Numbered from the stretch's first letter, positions 13,082-22,856 are shown. The stretch is 64,000 bases of DNA from Polyangium mundeleinium (GCF_028369105.1 NZ_JAQNDO010000001.1:1779711-1843710); one strand, 5' to 3'. Program-made: numbers and translations. The notes: generated by a model from the letters alone, not told the origin.

Positions 13082-16000
13082 TCATCCCACCCGATCCCGG
13101 AGCGGCACCGATGCGACTCGCTTCGGCTCGGCAGCCCGATCAAAGGGGGCGCCCGCGGCTTCCAGTGCCGTGATCGCCTCGGCCGCGAGCCGCATCGCGC
13201 GAACCCCGTCCTCCGCCGATACCTTCGGTCGATCGCCCCGGGCGACGCTCTCCCGGAACGCGACGAGCAGCCGCGCGAGGTCGCCTCCGCGCGGCGGCGT
13301 GCGCGTCCGTTTGCCTCCGGCGTCGCTCACCTCCACGAGGTCACGTCCCTCCGAGCGTATCCAGGACAAACGCCTTCCATCGGCGAGGCGCGCGCGCACT
13401 TCGAGGGCGTCCGCCGCCTCGGCGAGCAAGAGCTCGATCGTCACGTCCGGCTGGGAGGGACCGGCGCCGCGCGCGCGCAAGGTCACGCGCTCGGGTCGAC
13501 CGCCACCCTTGGCCGTGGCCTTTCGGATGCGGAGATCTTCGCCTGCCACGGCGTGCGCCACGTCGCCGAGGTGGATCAAGAGCTCGTAGAGCGCCGTGCG
13601 CGACCACGCGTGCAAGCTCGCGGGCGAGGTGGCCGTGGCCCGGTGAACGACCTCGATTTCGAGAGGACGATCGGGACCTTTTTGATCCCCGAGCACCGTG
13701 AGAATCTCTTCGAGCCCGCCCGCCGTGCGGAGCTGCTGCGCCACCGTGATGCGCTCTCCTGCCTCGGCCGCGAGCGCTTCGGCCTCGGCGAGTGTCGCGC
13801 CGAGCGGTTTTTCCACGAGGCAGGGGAGCCCGCGCGCCAAGGCGTCGCGCGTGATGTCCGCGTGCTGCCGCGTGCTCGTGGCGACGATCACCGCGTCGAT
13901 CGTGGCACGCTCGCAGAGCTCCGCGAGCGTCCGCGCGCGGGGCACGTCGGCCGCGATCTCCGGCAGATCCTTGTCCGGCGCATGCGGGGACGTGATGCCG
14001 GCGAGGACGAACCCGCCCGCTTGCTCCAGCGCAGCCGCGAAGGCGAGGCCCCGCCGGCCCGTGCCGACGATCGCGACACGGAGGGCGCGCGGCGCGGGGG
14101 AGGCTTGGGCCACGGGCAGGTGGATACGCTCGCGCGGCGCTTCCGGGAGCGGGATTTCGTCGCTCCGCGGGATGCGGCCGTCGCCGAAGCGGAGCTCGTC
14201 GAGGCGGTCGATCCCGGGCCGGAAGCGCGCAATGCGGGGCTCGGCGAGGCAACGCTCGGGCGTGATTTTCTCGCCCGGGATGGCCCGGAGCTCGCCGGTG
14301 CCGAAGACCGCCGCATACGGCTTCCATACGCCCGTGCAGACGAGGTCGAAGCGGCACGCGGCACAGGCCGGGCCTTTCTGCTTTTGCGGCAGGTCCTCCG
14401 TCAGCGCGCCGCTGAGCGAGACGAGCACGTCGCTCCACGGCATCATCTCTTCGAGCTGGCAGGGCGGGACGCCCTGGCGCGAGCCGACCACGACTTCGAC
14501 GCCGAGCTCGTTCGCCCGCGCGATCGCGCGCTTCAGGTAGGGCATCACGTCCGAGAAGCGGGGCACGTGGTCGGCGAGGCGTTCGAGGGCCTTGTATTGC
14601 GGCGTGACGTACGCGAACGAGATGCCGATGCGCGCGCCGAACTCGGCGTGCATCCACTCGACGAACCGCACGAGGTGCCGATGGTTCTGCGCGGACACGA
14701 CGTGGTTCACGTCGAGCCGGAGGGCGTCGTGGCGCGCGAAGAGGTGGAGCGCCCGCACCGTCCGCGCGTGGTCGCCCATCTTGCGGGTTTGCAGCCGCGC
14801 GAGCGCCTCGTCGTGCGCGTGCAGCGAGACGAAGACGTTCGTGAGGCCCGCCGCGACGAGGGCGTCGACCTTCTCCGGTTTGTCGAGGAGCACCGCGTTC
14901 GTGACGAGCTCGATGCTGCGGACGCCGGTCCGCTTGGCCACGGACACGTAATCGACGAGGTGGCGCGAGAGCGTGGGTTCGCCGCCGCTGAACGAGATTT
15001 GCTCGACCCCCGTGCGGCCGAGGCGCGCGATCCGCCGCATCATCCGGCCCGGATCCTCCTCCACGTTGTGGGAGGTCTCGTTCGCGCTGCAGAACCAGCA
15101 GTCCTGGTTGCAATGGACCGTCGGGCGGAGGACGGTGAAAAACGCCGCGCGCGCCGCGCTCTTGCGGGTCTCGTCCCAGCGCTCGCGCGGGCGCTGCTGC
15201 GGGGCGCGGGGCAAGGGGGACAACCCCGCGGCGCCGTGCGTGGAGAGGTAAAGCGTGGTCGTGCCGGGGCAGGCGCGCGAGGCGCCGCAGGCGTCGCAGG
15301 CCGGCGCGAGCGAGGAGGTGGCATGGCGCGGAATGGGACGGCCGCCACGATCGGCGAGCAAACGCTCGGGGACGTCGATGCCGCCGTCCGGGGTTTGGGT
15401 CGCGACGGCGCAGAGGGGGATCCCGTCGCGCTCGGTCAGCGTGATTTCGAGCCCCTTTTCCCGGGCAAACCCGATCGCCGCGAGGAGCCCGTCCCGCGCC
15501 CGATCCCAGCGGGGCGGCGCGAGCTCGCGTGGCGCGCGTCCATCCACGGGCCTTAGCGCGGAGGGCGTGTACAGGCGGACGCGACGTGCGCTCGGCGCCA
15601 CGCCCGCGAGGAGCGCGATCATCCCGCGGAGGTCCTGGATCGCAGGATCGAGCACCGGGATCTCGAGGACGAGGTCGAGCCCCGTCGCCGCGATCGCGCG
15701 GAGGCCCGCGAGGCCCGCGGTGAACGCGCCTCGCACGCGGGCGATCGCGTCGTGCACGGCCGCTCGATCGCTCGCGAGGAAAAATACGACCCCCGAGAGG
15801 CCCGCGGCGCGGAGCTCCTCGGCGCGCCCCTCGGCGGCGTAGGCCACGCCGTTCGTCCGCGCGTACACTGCGCCCCAGCCCGCGTCGCGCGCGTTCTGCA
15901 CGAGCGCGCGCAGATCCTTCAGACGTGAAGCTTCTCCGCGCAGCTCGAGCACGCCGCCGCCGCGACGGAGCTCGCGCTGCTGGGTTCCTTCGTCCGGCGG

Positions 16001-16102
16001 CTTGCCGCGGCAATCACAGACGGGGCAGGCGAGGTTGCAGCCCTCGGCGAGCAGGAGGCTCGTGTCGGTCGTGCCGGCGCGGGGGCTCATGGGAGAGCGC
16101 AT
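13082..16102 (-). CDS. Tri-domain protein: radical SAM – radical SAM – Gfo/Idh/MocA-family NAD(P)-dependent oxidoreductase
   Basis: Two CxxxCxxC cluster motifs (GCNLACPVCDC near the N-terminus; HCNQDCWFCSA mid-protein, coding near 15085-15115). The second is followed by FSGGEPTL. Each is followed by a C-x2-C-x5-C auxiliary motif (PACDACGASRACPG, PACAACRFDLVCTG). The C-terminal Rossmann region LRVAIVGTGRRGLAFAAAL...IDAVIVATSTRQHADITRDALARGLPCLVEKP is typical of Gfo/Idh/MocA. Confidence 0.85.
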   Translation of the reverse strand: MRSPMSPRAGTTDTSLLLAEGCNLACPVCDCRGKPPDEGTQQRELRRGGGVLELRGEASRLKDLRALVQNARDAGWGAVYARTNGVAYAAEGRAEELRAAGLSGVVFFLASDRAAVHDAIARVRGAFTAGLAGLRAIAATGLDLVLEIPVLDPAIQDLRGMIALLAGVAPSARRVRLYTPSALRPVDGRAPRELAPPRWDRARDGLLAAIGFAREKGLEITLTERDGIPLCAVATQTPDGGIDVPERLLADRGGRPIPRHATSSLAPACDACGASRACPGTTTLYLSTHGAAGLSPLPRAPQQRPRERWDETRKSAARAAFFTVLRPTVHCNQDCWFCSANETSHNVEEDPGRMMRRIARLGRTGVEQISFSGGEPTLSRHLVDYVSVAKRTGVRSIELVTNAVLLDKPEKVDALVAAGLTNVFVSLHAHDEALARLQTRKMGDHARTVRALHLFARHDALRLDVNHVVSAQNHRHLVRFVEWMHAEFGARIGISFAYVTPQYKALERLADHVPRFSDVMPYLKRAIARANELGVEVVVGSRQGVPPCQLEEMMPWSDVLVSLSGALTEDLPQKQKGPACAACRFDLVCTGVWKPYAAVFGTGELRAIPGEKITPERCLAEPRIARFRPGIDRLDELRFGDGRIPRSDEIPLPEAPRERIHLPVAQASPAPRALRVAIVGTGRRGLAFAAALEQAGGFVLAGITSPHAPDKDLPEIAADVPRARTLAELCERATIDAVIVATSTRQHADITRDALARGLPCLVEKPLGATLAEAEALAAEAGERITVAQQLRTAGGLEEILTVLGDQKGPDRPLEIEVVHRATATSPASLHAWSRTALYELLIHLGDVAHAVAGEDLRIRKATAKGGGRPERVTLRARGAGPSQPDVTIELLLAEAADALEVRARLADGRRLSWIRSEGRDLVEVSDAGGKRTRTPPRGGDLARLLVAFRESVARGDRPKVSAEDGVRAMRLAAEAITALEAAGAPFDRAAEPKRVASVPLRDRVG

Positions 16103-16151
16103 TGTTCGCCGCGGGAGACGCCGCGCGCAAGAGGAACGGGACTAGGGTACC

Positions 16152-17981
16152 ATGCGCTGGATGCGCGTCGCGCGGGTGCTCACGAACGAGACCTGCAACC
16201 AGGGTTGCGGCTTTTGCTCGGCGCGAAGGCCGGTCGAACGGCCTGATTTCGTGCGCCCCGCGGCCGTGCTCGCTCGCATCGACGAGGCGCTTGCCAAGGG
16301 CACGCGCGAGGTCGTGCTGACGGGCGGCGAGCCCACGATGCGGCGGGATCTCGCGGCGCTCGTCCGGCACGCCCGCGCGCGCGGCGCCGAGCGCGTCGTG
16401 CTGGAGACGAACGCGTCGCTCGTCACGGAGAGCCTCGCGCGCGCGCTCGCCGACGCAGGTCTTTCGGTCGCGCGCGTGCACGTGCCGGCGTTTGGCCCCG
16501 AGGCGGACGGGATCACGCGTGACGAGGGCGGGTTCTCCGCCGCGCTCGCGGGTGCGCGTGCCCTCGCCGCCGCGGGGATCCCGCTGGAGATCACGACGCC
16601 GATCGTTCGGAACAACCTCGACCTCGTCGCGGCGATCCCGGGCGGCGTGCGCGCGGCGAACCTCCCGGTCCTGCGCCTCGTCGCGTCCATGCCCGTGGAC
16701 GCGCCCGATCCCGCGACGCTCGCGCCGCTCGAAGGCGCCGCGCGTGCGCTCGAACGGCTCGATCAGGCCGCGCGGGAGGCCGGCATCCCGCTCTCGCTCG
16801 ACCCTGGCGCGGCCATCCCTCCGTGCTCGTTCGAGCGGCCCGCGCGCCTCGCGCACCTCTACGCGTTGAACCCCGGCGGCGCGAATCGGCCGGGCCACGA
16901 GCGCGTGCCCGCGTGCGGCGCGTGTGTCGTCGCGGATCGTTGTCCCGGCGTGCCGCGCGCGCTCCTCGCGCGGGAGACCACGTCCGCCTTCCGGCCTCTC
17001 ATGGAGGACCGGATTCGCCGCAAGCTCACGGTGATCTCGTCGGTGCGCGAGCAGATCGATCGCGAGCTCGTGACCCGCGACGTCCACCGCGCGCCCGACG
17101 GCCGGCTCGTGCCTTCGCACATCGTACGCATCCAGTTCCAGTGCAACCAGGCCTGCGATTTTTGCTTCGTCTCCACGCACCTGCCGGCGCCCGAGGACGA
17201 GGTCGTGCGCCGCGCGATCCTCGAGATCGCGCACGCCGGCGGTGTCCTGCAAGTCTCGGGCGGCGAGCCGACCTTGAACGGCCGTCTCCGCGAGTACGTC
17301 GCGCTCGCGAAGCGTGAAGGGGCGATCGCCGTGGAGCTGCAGACGAACGCGGTGCGCCTCGCGGATCCGGGCCGCGCGCGCGAGCTCGAAGAGGCCGGGC
17401 TCGACGTGGCGTTCGTGTCGCTGCACGGGTCGCGCGCCGAGATCTCGGACGTGATCACGCGGGCGCCGGGCACGTTCGAGAAGACGGCGCGGGGGCTCGA
17501 CGCGCTCGCGCAGACGAAGATCCGCGTGCGGCTGAACTTCGTTTTCTGCGAGCCGAACCAGGCGGATTTCCCGGACTTCGTGCGCCTCGTCGCGGCGCGC
17601 TGGCCGGCCGCGGAGATCAACGTCTCGGTCGTCGGGGCATTCACGGACCTCGTGCCCCGCACGGAGAGCCTGATCCCGCGGTACACGGATCTGCTGCCGG
17701 CGATGCGCGAGGGCCTCATGATCGCGCGCGCGACGGGGATTCCGGTGCTCGGGTTCGAGTCGATGTGCGGGATCCCGCTCTGCCTCGCGCCCGTCGATCC
17801 ACGCGGGTTCTTCGACCTCGCCGAGATCCCGAACGGGCACGACGGCGGCGAGTTCGTCCGCGCAGAAGCGTGCGGGCGGTGTGAGCTTTCCGCGCGCTGC
17901 TTCGGCCTCCGGCGCAGCTACGCCGAGCTTCATGGGACCAGCGAGGCGCGTGCGGTCGTGCGGGGCGCCGAGATCGGCTGA
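16152..17981 (+). CDS. Tandem (double) radical SAM domain protein with twitch/SPASM-like auxiliary Cys motifs
   Basis: TCNQGCGFCSA at residues ~14-24 and QCNQACDFCFV (coding near 17142); each is followed by GGEPT (LTGGEPTM, VSGGEPTL) and a C-x2-C-x5-C motif (PACGACVVADRCPG, EACGRCELSARCFG). It is divergent from the 13082..16102 gene with only 49 bp between start codons. Confidence 0.85.
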   Translation: MRWMRVARVLTNETCNQGCGFCSARRPVERPDFVRPAAVLARIDEALAKGTREVVLTGGEPTMRRDLAALVRHARARGAERVVLETNASLVTESLARALADAGLSVARVHVPAFGPEADGITRDEGGFSAALAGARALAAAGIPLEITTPIVRNNLDLVAAIPGGVRAANLPVLRLVASMPVDAPDPATLAPLEGAARALERLDQAAREAGIPLSLDPGAAIPPCSFERPARLAHLYALNPGGANRPGHERVPACGACVVADRCPGVPRALLARETTSAFRPLMEDRIRRKLTVISSVREQIDRELVTRDVHRAPDGRLVPSHIVRIQFQCNQACDFCFVSTHLPAPEDEVVRRAILEIAHAGGVLQVSGGEPTLNGRLREYVALAKREGAIAVELQTNAVRLADPGRARELEEAGLDVAFVSLHGSRAEISDVITRAPGTFEKTARGLDALAQTKIRVRLNFVFCEPNQADFPDFVRLVAARWPAAEINVSVVGAFTDLVPRTESLIPRYTDLLPAMREGLMIARATGIPVLGFESMCGIPLCLAPVDPRGFFDLAEIPNGHDGGEFVRAEACGRCELSARCFGLRRSYAELHGTSEARAVVRGAEIG

Positions 17982-18027
17982 CGCCTACGTCCGCGGTTCG
18001 TGCTTCCCCCTTCCCGCGTAGGGCGGT

Positions 18028-19317
18028 ATGGAGCGTGCCGTGTCGGGGGTACGGAGCAAAAGGGTGCCGGGCGAGCGAGACAAGGCCACGACCGTTCTGT
18101 CCATGGTCGGCCTCCCTGCGCGGGGAAAAACGTACATCGGGCGCCGCGTGGCGCGTTACCTGAGCTGGCTCGGTCATCCGACCCGCGTGTTCAACGTGGG
18201 GAGCTACCGTCGCCGGCAGATCGGCGCGAGCCAGCCAGCCGACTTCTTCGCGCCGTCGAACAAGGAAGGCCGGCAGGTCCTGCACGATCTCGCCATGACG
18301 GCGCTCGACGACATGCTCGCCTGGCTGCGCGAGGGCGGCGAGGTCGGCATCTTCGACGCGACGAACAGCACGAAGGAGCGCAGGCGCCTCGTCGAGGAGC
18401 GGTGCCGCAAGGAGGGGCTGCCGGTCGTCTTCATCGAGTCGTTCTGCAACGACCCGGGGGTGATCGAGGCGAACGTCCGCGATACGAAGCTCAAGTCGCC
18501 GGACTACGTCGACATGGATCCGGACGCGGCGGCGCACGACTTCCTGCGGCGCATCGCCCACTACGAGAGCATGTACGAGACGCTCGAGGATCCGAACCAG
18601 AGCTACATCAAGATCATCGACGTCGGCCGCCAGGTGATCCTGAACCGGATCCACGGCTACCTGCCCGCGCGCCTCGCGCCCCTGCTCATCGACCTGCACG
18701 TCTCGCCGCGCCCGATCTGGCTGACGCGGCACGGGCAAAGCGACTACAACCGGCACGGCCGCATCGGCGGCGATCCCGAGCTCTCCCCCGCGGGCGAGGA
18801 GTACGCGAAGCACCTGGCGGAGTTCGTTCGGAAGAACGCGCCGCGGGATCAAGAGGTGTCGGTCTGGACGAGCACGCTGCGGCGGACGATCCAGACGGCG
18901 ACGAAGATCACGCGGTCACCGCGGACCTGGCGTGCGCTCGACGAGATCGACGCGGGCGTCTGCGACGGGATGACGTACGACCAGGTGCGGATCGAGATGC
19001 CGGACGTGTGGGCCGCGCGGAGCGCCGACAAGTTCCGGTATCGATATCCGCGCGGAGAGTCGTACGAGGACGTGATCCAGCGGCTCGACCCGGTGATCAT
19101 CCAGCTCGAGCGCCAGCGCTCGCCGACCTTGGTGATCGCGCACCAGGCGGTGCTCCGGGCGATCTACGCGTACCTGATGGACCGGCCGCCGGGCGAGTGC
19201 CCGTCGATCAGCGTGCCGCTGCACACGGTGATCCAGTTGACGCCGACGGCGTACGGCTGCGAGGAGAAACGATTCGCGCTGCCGCCAAACGTGGAGGATC
19301 AGGGGGCGGGGGGATAG
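18028..19317 (+). CDS. Bifunctional 6-phosphofructo-2-kinase/fructose-2,6-bisphosphatase (PFK-2/FBPase-2), eukaryote-type
   Basis: The kinase P-loop and flanks (MVGLPARGKTYIGRRVARYLSWLGHPTRVFNVGSYRR) are near-identical to animal PFKFB N-termini. The C-terminal histidine-phosphatase domain carries WLTRHGQS (RHG) and a second His in VIAHQAVLRAIYAYL. The true start may be the internal Met at ~18103. Confidence 0.85.
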   Translation: MERAVSGVRSKRVPGERDKATTVLSMVGLPARGKTYIGRRVARYLSWLGHPTRVFNVGSYRRRQIGASQPADFFAPSNKEGRQVLHDLAMTALDDMLAWLREGGEVGIFDATNSTKERRRLVEERCRKEGLPVVFIESFCNDPGVIEANVRDTKLKSPDYVDMDPDAAAHDFLRRIAHYESMYETLEDPNQSYIKIIDVGRQVILNRIHGYLPARLAPLLIDLHVSPRPIWLTRHGQSDYNRHGRIGGDPELSPAGEEYAKHLAEFVRKNAPRDQEVSVWTSTLRRTIQTATKITRSPRTWRALDEIDAGVCDGMTYDQVRIEMPDVWAARSADKFRYRYPRGESYEDVIQRLDPVIIQLERQRSPTLVIAHQAVLRAIYAYLMDRPPGECPSISVPLHTVIQLTPTAYGCEEKRFALPPNVEDQGAGG

Positions 19318-19320
19318 GTT

Positions 19321-20547
19321 TTACCAGGGAAACCATTCCCCCGGCATCGTCTGCCATGCCGTGGGTCGGTTCGGGTCTCCGGACGGGAGCACCAGCGAGC
19401 CCACGAAATCGGCGTGCGCGTAGGCGCTCTCGATGTTCCGCGTGATTCCGTCGAGATCCGCGTCGGTCACGACGCCGTCGCTCGTCGCCTTGTAGAATTG
19501 CACGGTGATCCGGATCGGGAATCGTTCGTCCCGTACGAGGCGGCCGCCGTGGCCTTCGAGGAACGGGCCGAGGCGCGGGCCGTGGCCGAGCACCGCGCGT
19601 TCGAGGTCGCTGCGCACGGGCCCGGGGCGGATGTGGATCGTCGCGTCGTTCGGGCCGAATCCGCCCGCCGCGAGAGCGTCGTCCGAGAATTCGTAGCCAT
19701 ATCCGTTGTCCGAGGAGGACAAACCCCCGAGGGCGCCCCGATGCTCGTGCACGAGCGGGACCTGGATCAACGCGAGGAGGTCCGCGCCGCGGCCAAGGGC
19801 GCTTCGCTCGGATTCGGTGCGCGGGCCGCCCCGGGCCTCGATCCGCGCCGCCACGTCGCTCCGGCGCTCGGCCGTGAACGCGGCGCGGCTCCCATGTTCA
19901 TTGAAATAGAGCTCCTGCCCGTAGCCCCGCACGGAGCGGTCTTCGCTGCGGTTTTCGAAGACGGCCTGGGCGCTCACGAGGAAATGCGAGTCGCGCGGGG
20001 CCGTGAGGTCGATCGGAGAGCGCGCGCCCTCGATGCCGGTGAGGCTCTCGGGGCTCGAGACGATCTTGCGGAGGTCGTGCAAGGCGTCGAGCAGGGAGAT
20101 CGTTTGGAGCGGCGCGCCTCGTTCGTTGCCGACACGGAGGAAAAACCGGTCGGACGGGACGTCGGCGGTGCGGTCGGAGAAATTCGGATATCGAAGGACG
20201 GGCATGAGCGCGTCCGCCCATTCGCCGGTCGTGCGTCGTCGTCGGAGCTCCAGCGTGAGGTCCGAGATGTTCGGGCCGAGCGCGGAGCCGACGGCGCGCG
20301 CCGTGTCCTCCCACGCCACGTCGACGATCCGCAGGCCACGCGCGGCGACGCGCTCCTGCAGCGCGAAATCGCCGGTCATGTTGGCGATTCGCTCGACCGT
20401 GTCCTCGTGTTCGCGGAGGACGACGTCGTCCTCGACGCTGCTCGGCGCGGCGGCAGGGACCTCGGGCGGATTCCAGTACGTGACGCCGTCACACCCCGCG
20501 ACAAACGCGAGGAGCGGCCACACGACGAGCGAGCGGTGCATCGTCAC
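19321..20547 (-). CDS. Hypothetical lipoprotein
   Basis: Signal peptide plus lipobox MTMHRSLVVWPLLAFVAGCDG; good high-GC third-position bias. It converges on the PFK-2 gene with a 3-bp gap. Confidence 0.7.
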   Translation of the reverse strand: MTMHRSLVVWPLLAFVAGCDGVTYWNPPEVPAAAPSSVEDDVVLREHEDTVERIANMTGDFALQERVAARGLRIVDVAWEDTARAVGSALGPNISDLTLELRRRRTTGEWADALMPVLRYPNFSDRTADVPSDRFFLRVGNERGAPLQTISLLDALHDLRKIVSSPESLTGIEGARSPIDLTAPRDSHFLVSAQAVFENRSEDRSVRGYGQELYFNEHGSRAAFTAERRSDVAARIEARGGPRTESERSALGRGADLLALIQVPLVHEHRGALGGLSSSDNGYGYEFSDDALAAGGFGPNDATIHIRPGPVRSDLERAVLGHGPRLGPFLEGHGGRLVRDERFPIRITVQFYKATSDGVVTDADLDGITRNIESAYAHADFVGSLVLPSGDPNRPTAWQTMPGEWFPW

Positions 20548-20633
20548 CTCGGGCCGGCGCAGGTTCGATCGCGCCGGCTGCCGCCATGGAACCCGCCCGC
20601 GCGGCCCGGCTTGGCCCCTCTGGGCTCGTCACC

Positions 20634-22856
20634 TCAATACGAGGAGGAGGGCGGGATTTCGGGGGCCTCTGTGCTCTCGGCCGGCGGCTTGGGGGTCAGG
20701 CGAAGGTGCTCGCGAATCGAGGAGACCCCGGCCTCGCGCTCCGGGAAGGGGAGACGCAGCGCGGAGCTCTTCACACAGGCGCCGAACGAGGTTTCGCCCG
20801 GCGGCGAGGTGAGCTTCACGTCGCCGACGAACCCGTCCGCGCCCACGCGGAACTGGAGGTCGAGGTCGATCGGCTCGCCAGGGCGCTTGTCGAACTCGAT
20901 GCGGTAGCAATCCCGGATCTCGGCGTGGAGGACCGCGAGGCCAACGTCGACGTCTTCCCGCGTGAGGTTGCCCGAGACCTGGGCTTCTTCGGCTTCCTCC
21001 AGCGTCACGGTCTCCGGCGCTTGCTCCGGGGCGGGCGGTGAGAGCGTCGCGCGTGTGCGCTGCTCCAGAGGCTCGGCGACCGTCACGTCGAACGTGGGGA
21101 CCGACTGCGTCTCGCCGTTGCGCGTCTGCATCGTTCGCTTGGCCGAGAGGACGGAAGCGACGACGCCGTGGGCCTCTTCGAGCCGCGTGTCTGGCGACAA
21201 ACGGATCAGCGCGCGGTCACGCATTCGGTCCTGCGGGTCGTGGTGCGCGCCGTGGTCCTTCCAGATGTCCGCCACCACCGCGGCCAGCGTCGGATGACGC
21301 ACGTCCCCCGGCGCAGCTTCGCGGGGCGCGCGGCGCAGCACGGTGACGATGTCGCGGATGCGCCACTTCACGACGAACTCGTCGAGCGTGGCGTCGACGT
21401 CGAGGAAGCCGGGCGGAGGTGCGTGGGGCGCGTGGGGCTCGATGGGCTCGGCAGGCTGGCGGAGCGGCGGCGCGAGCGGGAGGGCGGGCACGACGATACG
21501 GGCGCCGACGCGCGGATCGGGCAGCGTGACGCGGAGGGGCACGCTGAAGTAGCGGCCTTCGAGGAGAAGGTCGTACGCGCCGTCGCCGAGGCCGTCGAAG
21601 CGTACGGGCACGCCGTCCTCCCAGCGCGCCGGGGGGAACTGAAAGCCGAGCACGATCTGCGCAGGGGTCGTGGGCGGGAGTTCGGTCGGGAAGGGGCTCG
21701 CGAGATCCACGACGAGCGTGCCCGGAGGCAAGGACGGGTCCGCGAGGGAGACGCCGGGGTGCGCGGTGAGGCGGGTCTGGTCGGCGACGAGCGATTCGAT
21801 GTGGCGGAGCGCGGCGTTCGTGGGGAGCACGAAGAGGGCCGGCGCGAGCGCGAGGAGGAGCGTCACGAGGAAGGCGGGGCGCGCGCGGGAGAGGGCGCCG
21901 GTGAGGCCACGCGGCGGCATCGCGACGAGCGTCGTGAGGACGATCGGAAGGGCGAAGATCGCGCCGGTGGCGGTGAGCTCGACCGTCGTGCGGCGGAGGT
22001 CTCGCGCGGCGTGCCCGAGCGCGGGGAGGGTGGTGCCAGGCGTCGAGATGGCGATGACCTCGCCCATCGCAGGTGCGAGCGCCGCGAGGAGGACGCCGCC
22101 GATGCCCGCGCACGCGGCGGCGAGCAGGCGCGTGGCGGCATAACCGTCGCCCCGGTTCGTCCGCGACGCGCCGAGCACCACGGCGACGAGACCCATGCCC
22201 GCGGGCAGCGCCGCGATCCAGCTCCCGACCGCGTCGCGGCCGAGGTCGTCCTTGCCGAGGAGGCGCGCGACGAGCGCCGCCGCCGGGAGCGAGAGCGCGG
22301 CGACGACGAGCGCGGCGAGGGGGCGTTTGTCCTTGTTGATCGACGCCGTCACGCGTCCAGGCCGGAGCGAGAGCGCGGCGACGCCGAGCGAGATCGACGC
22401 GACGAGCAGGCCGGCATCGAAGAGGGACGCGCGAAGCATCAACGCGGAGGCCGCGGCGCGCGCGCGTTCGCCGAACGAGAGATCGGGCGCTGGGGCCAGC
22501 GGATCCGGCATCCACGCAATCGAGGCGGCGAGCGTGATGGCGGCGAGGATGGCGGGCGGCAGGCAGACGAGCGACGCGGCGGCGCGCCTCTGCGCGACGA
22601 AGCGGGTGAGGGCGATCGTCGTGGCGAGCGCGAATCCGAGGCCGAAGCCTACGGCGAGCGCGCCGCGCGGCTCGGCGAGGTGCAGGTTGAAGAAGGCGAC
22701 GCGCACGAGCCCCGCCTCGGACTCGGCGAGCAGGACGAGCGCGACGGCGATCGGCACGAGGAGCGTGATCGTCGCGACAGCGAGGTTTTGCCGCGTGCGT
22801 CGGGACGCGCGGCGGGCTCGCTCTTCGGGCTTGCCCGAGGCGTCCTTGTCAGCCAC
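20634..22856 (-). CDS. Polytopic membrane protein with a C-terminal soluble domain, function unknown
   Basis: The probable start is GTG at 22854-22856 (VADKDASGKPEE...). The part of ORF 20634..23822 above that is Arg-rich antisense of the divergent 22941 gene. At least ten hydrophobic helices follow, then a Cys-containing C-terminal domain. Confidence 0.6.
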   Translation of the reverse strand: MADKDASGKPEERARRASRRTRQNLAVATITLLVPIAVALVLLAESEAGLVRVAFFNLHLAEPRGALAVGFGLGFALATTIALTRFVAQRRAAASLVCLPPAILAAITLAASIAWMPDPLAPAPDLSFGERARAAASALMLRASLFDAGLLVASISLGVAALSLRPGRVTASINKDKRPLAALVVAALSLPAAALVARLLGKDDLGRDAVGSWIAALPAGMGLVAVVLGASRTNRGDGYAATRLLAAACAGIGGVLLAALAPAMGEVIAISTPGTTLPALGHAARDLRRTTVELTATGAIFALPIVLTTLVAMPPRGLTGALSRARPAFLVTLLLALAPALFVLPTNAALRHIESLVADQTRLTAHPGVSLADPSLPPGTLVVDLASPFPTELPPTTPAQIVLGFQFPPARWEDGVPVRFDGLGDGAYDLLLEGRYFSVPLRVTLPDPRVGARIVVPALPLAPPLRQPAEPIEPHAPHAPPPGFLDVDATLDEFVVKWRIRDIVTVLRRAPREAAPGDVRHPTLAAVVADIWKDHGAHHDPQDRMRDRALIRLSPDTRLEEAHGVVASVLSAKRTMQTRNGETQSVPTFDVTVAEPLEQRTRATLSPPAPEQAPETVTLEEAEEAQVSGNLTREDVDVGLAVLHAEIRDCYRIEFDKRPGEPIDLDLQFRVGADGFVGDVKLTSPPGETSFGACVKSSALRLPFPEREAGVSSIREHLRLTPKPPAESTEAPEIPPSSSY

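Noticed and set aside
13341-17933. Alternative-frame and antisense long ORFs over the radical SAM genes (13341..16013, 13553..15556, 16014..17933)
   Set aside because: No motifs and extreme Arg content. The chosen frames carry CxxxCxxC/GGEP and Rossmann motifs.
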